The notes below the pieces were generated by a model that did no database searches, was not told the origin of the DNA, and saw nothing but the letters and a program-made list of their open reading frames with translations. A DNA stretch of 64,000 bases from Gracilinanus agilis. Its lineage: Eukaryota. The stretch spans positions 8,292,523 through 8,356,522 of the forward strand of contig NC_058132.1 in the NCBI RefSeq assembly GCF_016433145.1, given 5' to 3'. Numbering within the stretch: the first letter of the stretch is position 1; each line of letters opens with the position of its first letter. The position numbers and the translations under genes are program-made. Shown piece by piece: positions 61,370 through 64,000 of the stretch.

Positions 61370-62170
61370 CAAGTGCGTGAGTGTAGCGCATTGTTGTTGG
61401 AGTTGTGAACTGGTCCAACCATTCTGGAGAGCAATTTGGAACTATGCTCAAAAGGCGATAAAACTATGCATACCCTTTGATTCATTAATGCCACTGCTAG
61501 GTCTCTATGCCAATGAAATTTTTTTTAAAGAGAAAAGGACCTGTTTGTACAAAAATATATAGCAACTCTTTTTGTGGTAGCAAAGGATTGGAAATTGAGG
61601 GGATATTTATCAATTGGGGAATGACTGAACAAATTGTATATGTTGGTGATAGAATACTATTACACTATAAAAAATGATGAGTAGAATGACTTCAGAAAAG
61701 CCTAGAAAGACCTACATGAATGGATACAGAGAGAAATGAGTAGAACCAGGAGAACTTTGTACACAGTAGCAGCAATACTGTACAGTAATTGACTGTGAAT
61801 GATTTAGATACCTTCAATAATGCAAAGATCCGAGTCAATTCTGCAGGATTTATGACAAAGAATGTTCTCCCCCTCCAGAGAAAGAATTGATGGAATCTGA
61901 ATGCAGATGGAAGCATATTATTTTCCACTTTATTTTGCTGTGTTTTTATTTTGGAGTCTGAGTTTTATATGAGTATTCTCTCACAACATGACCAATATGG
62001 AAATATGTTTTGCATGATTATATGTGAATAACCCAGATCAAATTGCTCACCATCTTCGGGGAAGGGGAGGGAAGGGAAGGAGGGGGCCAATTTGGACTTT
62101 ATAATTTCTGGAAATGTTAAAATTAAATTTATTATATGTCATTGGGAAAATATTACAAAATATTAAAAAG
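61370..62170 (+). mobile_element. L1 ORF2 3' end and UTR
   Basis: HCCWSCELVQPFWRAIWNYAQKAIKLCIPFD...LLGLY. Confidence 0.85.
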
Positions 62171-64000
62171 ACTTCCACGTCCCCTCCTCCATCACTATTA
62201 TTGTCTTTTAGCCCATTTGTCCATGTGCTACATATTCTGAGTGACACTTTAGAGTCATTTTCATGTGCATTTCTCTTATTTTGAGTAATTTAGAGCATTT
62301 TTTCATGTAATTACATTTTGCAATTCTTTTGAAAACTGTTAATATCCTTTGATCATGGATCTTTTTGGATTGGTCTTTGGTCTTCTCTGTAATATTTCAG
62401 ATAGAAGACTCATATCAAAAACATATGATACAAAAAAAACATATGATACAAAGATTCCCTCTCCCCCCTCCCGCCCTGTTGATTATTTTTTCATCCTTTT
62501 ATTCCCTTTATCTTTTTTTATGCATTAATTTTATGTGAGAGCAATCACTTTCATGCGTAATATAGGGATATGGCTTATGGCTGGCATAGCTAGACAGCTC
62601 CGTCTGATCTGAGATCTAGCCTGCCTCCTCCCCAGTTTCTATCCCACTTGTGGGAAGAATAAGAGGAGTTTCTCTCTGGCATGTCAGTTAGCAAAGGATG
62701 GGAGGGAGACAGCTCTTTCCCCCTACCCTGGAGACTTTGACTGTAGGTGCTGGCGAGCCTGGCCACAAGCCAGAAGTCCGGGCTGTGGCACTAGTGACTT
62801 TTAGTGGTCTATTAACTTCCATTCAGTTCAGTAAATGTTATCTGGTCTATAATGTGTAGAGGGAATACTTTCTGGTCAGATCTCAAATGGAGTGGAGGTA
62901 AACTGAGCCAAATGAGTTCCAATTTCCCTATCGGCACTCTAGACGGAGACGTCAGCAAAAGAGGAAAGGCTGGGGCATTCAGGCATTCAGCCCAAAAAGG
63001 GGCCTTGGAGGCAGTGAAGTTTAAGCTTGGAGTTCCATCTGGTGGTTCACCCCGATAGTATTCTGAAGCTCTATTTGAGCCCTGCCCTCTAGGAGGCACG
63101 CTTGCTTTGTGGACTCCGTCTTGCTACTTCTTTTGTCTCGGTGACTAAAGTGGTGACCTCATGGAAGACAACATATTCTACAACAGCCTCCCCACTCCAC
63201 CCCCCCCAGAAAAGTCGGTGAAGGTTAATGACTAAAAATTCGATATGAGCCAACTATGCAAGATGGCAGGCGAAAAGGCTCGTGGGCTTGTTGGCTGCTT
63301 TGAGACTTACAGAACTGTAGGGCTGGAAAGATCCCAATGGCCCACCACGTCCCCTCCTAGCCATACTAGAATGAGCTCTCCAGGACACCCAGCAAATGGC
63401 CATTCAGCCTTTATCTGAAGACCACCATGGCAGGGAGCCCACCATCGAGGAATTAACCAACCACCACAAAGTATTGATTGAGCACCTACTATGTGCCAAG
63501 TACTGTGTTTCTTCAATTCAAATGAGATAAACCACTGCAAATCACTTGGCACAGTGGCAGGCACATAGTAGGTGCTTCGTAAATGTTTATTCACTCTCTC
63601 CTGAGGTAGCTCCTTCAGAGATTGCTTCCCAGGACTGCCAAACGACAGAGGCAACTTGGAGCCAACCATAAGAAGCTTCCTGGGTAGTGTCCGAGGCCCA
63701 TAATCCCCCGACACTATTGTGGAGGCAAAGGAAAATGCCTTATTACATTTTGAGTACATTTTGGGCTCTCCACGACCACACTGGCTCCAGTAGGAAGGAG
63801 GACGACGTCCTTCCTTACATGCATAAAACATTCCGAAAATCCTCAAGTCCCATTTTAATGTGTTCTTTCTGGTATGTGCCCTCTGCACTTGGTCTCTGGT
63901 AAGGCCCGGGCCATAGATGATTATTTTGCATTGGCTTTTGGCATGGACTGTACGTCTATCATATTCTTTTTTAGACCCTTCCCTTCTGTCTTAGAATCAT

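Noticed and set aside
63690-63790. C2H2-like string GEPKMYSKCNKAF on minus
   Set aside because: First Cys and both His are missing; no adjacent fingers.
1-64000. tRNA genes, rRNA or CRISPR arrays
   Set aside because: The tRNA-like A/B boxes all belong to SINE heads; tandem arrays lack unique spacers; the sequence is eukaryotic.

Overview
Marsupial genomic DNA, most likely a didelphid opossum, judged from young SINE1_Mdo-type SINEs plus MAR1, L1, L2 and L3 relics. It is syntenic with human 19q13.33, shown here in reverse orientation. Three intact minus-strand genes were rebuilt exon by exon with frame-consistent GT-AG junctions: KASH5/CCDC155 (about 589 aa, 20 coding exons, first exon inferred), DKKL1 (241 aa) and CD37 (324 aa). 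A disabled SLC6A16/SLC6A21-like remnant lies on the plus strand. TEAD2 (between DKKL1 and CD37 in human and mouse) and PTH2 (beyond KASH5) were not found. The most interesting signals cluster on CD37. First, intron 7 holds a 95-codon exon with its own stop and AATAAA, readable either as an alternative CD37 tail or as a nested small secreted-peptide gene. Second, a 244-codon acidic repeat exon upstream could splice in frame onto CD37. Third, the large extracellular loop is 44 aa longer than in human. Homology calls rest on recalled protein sequences; no searches were run. Repeat boundaries and family names are approximate.
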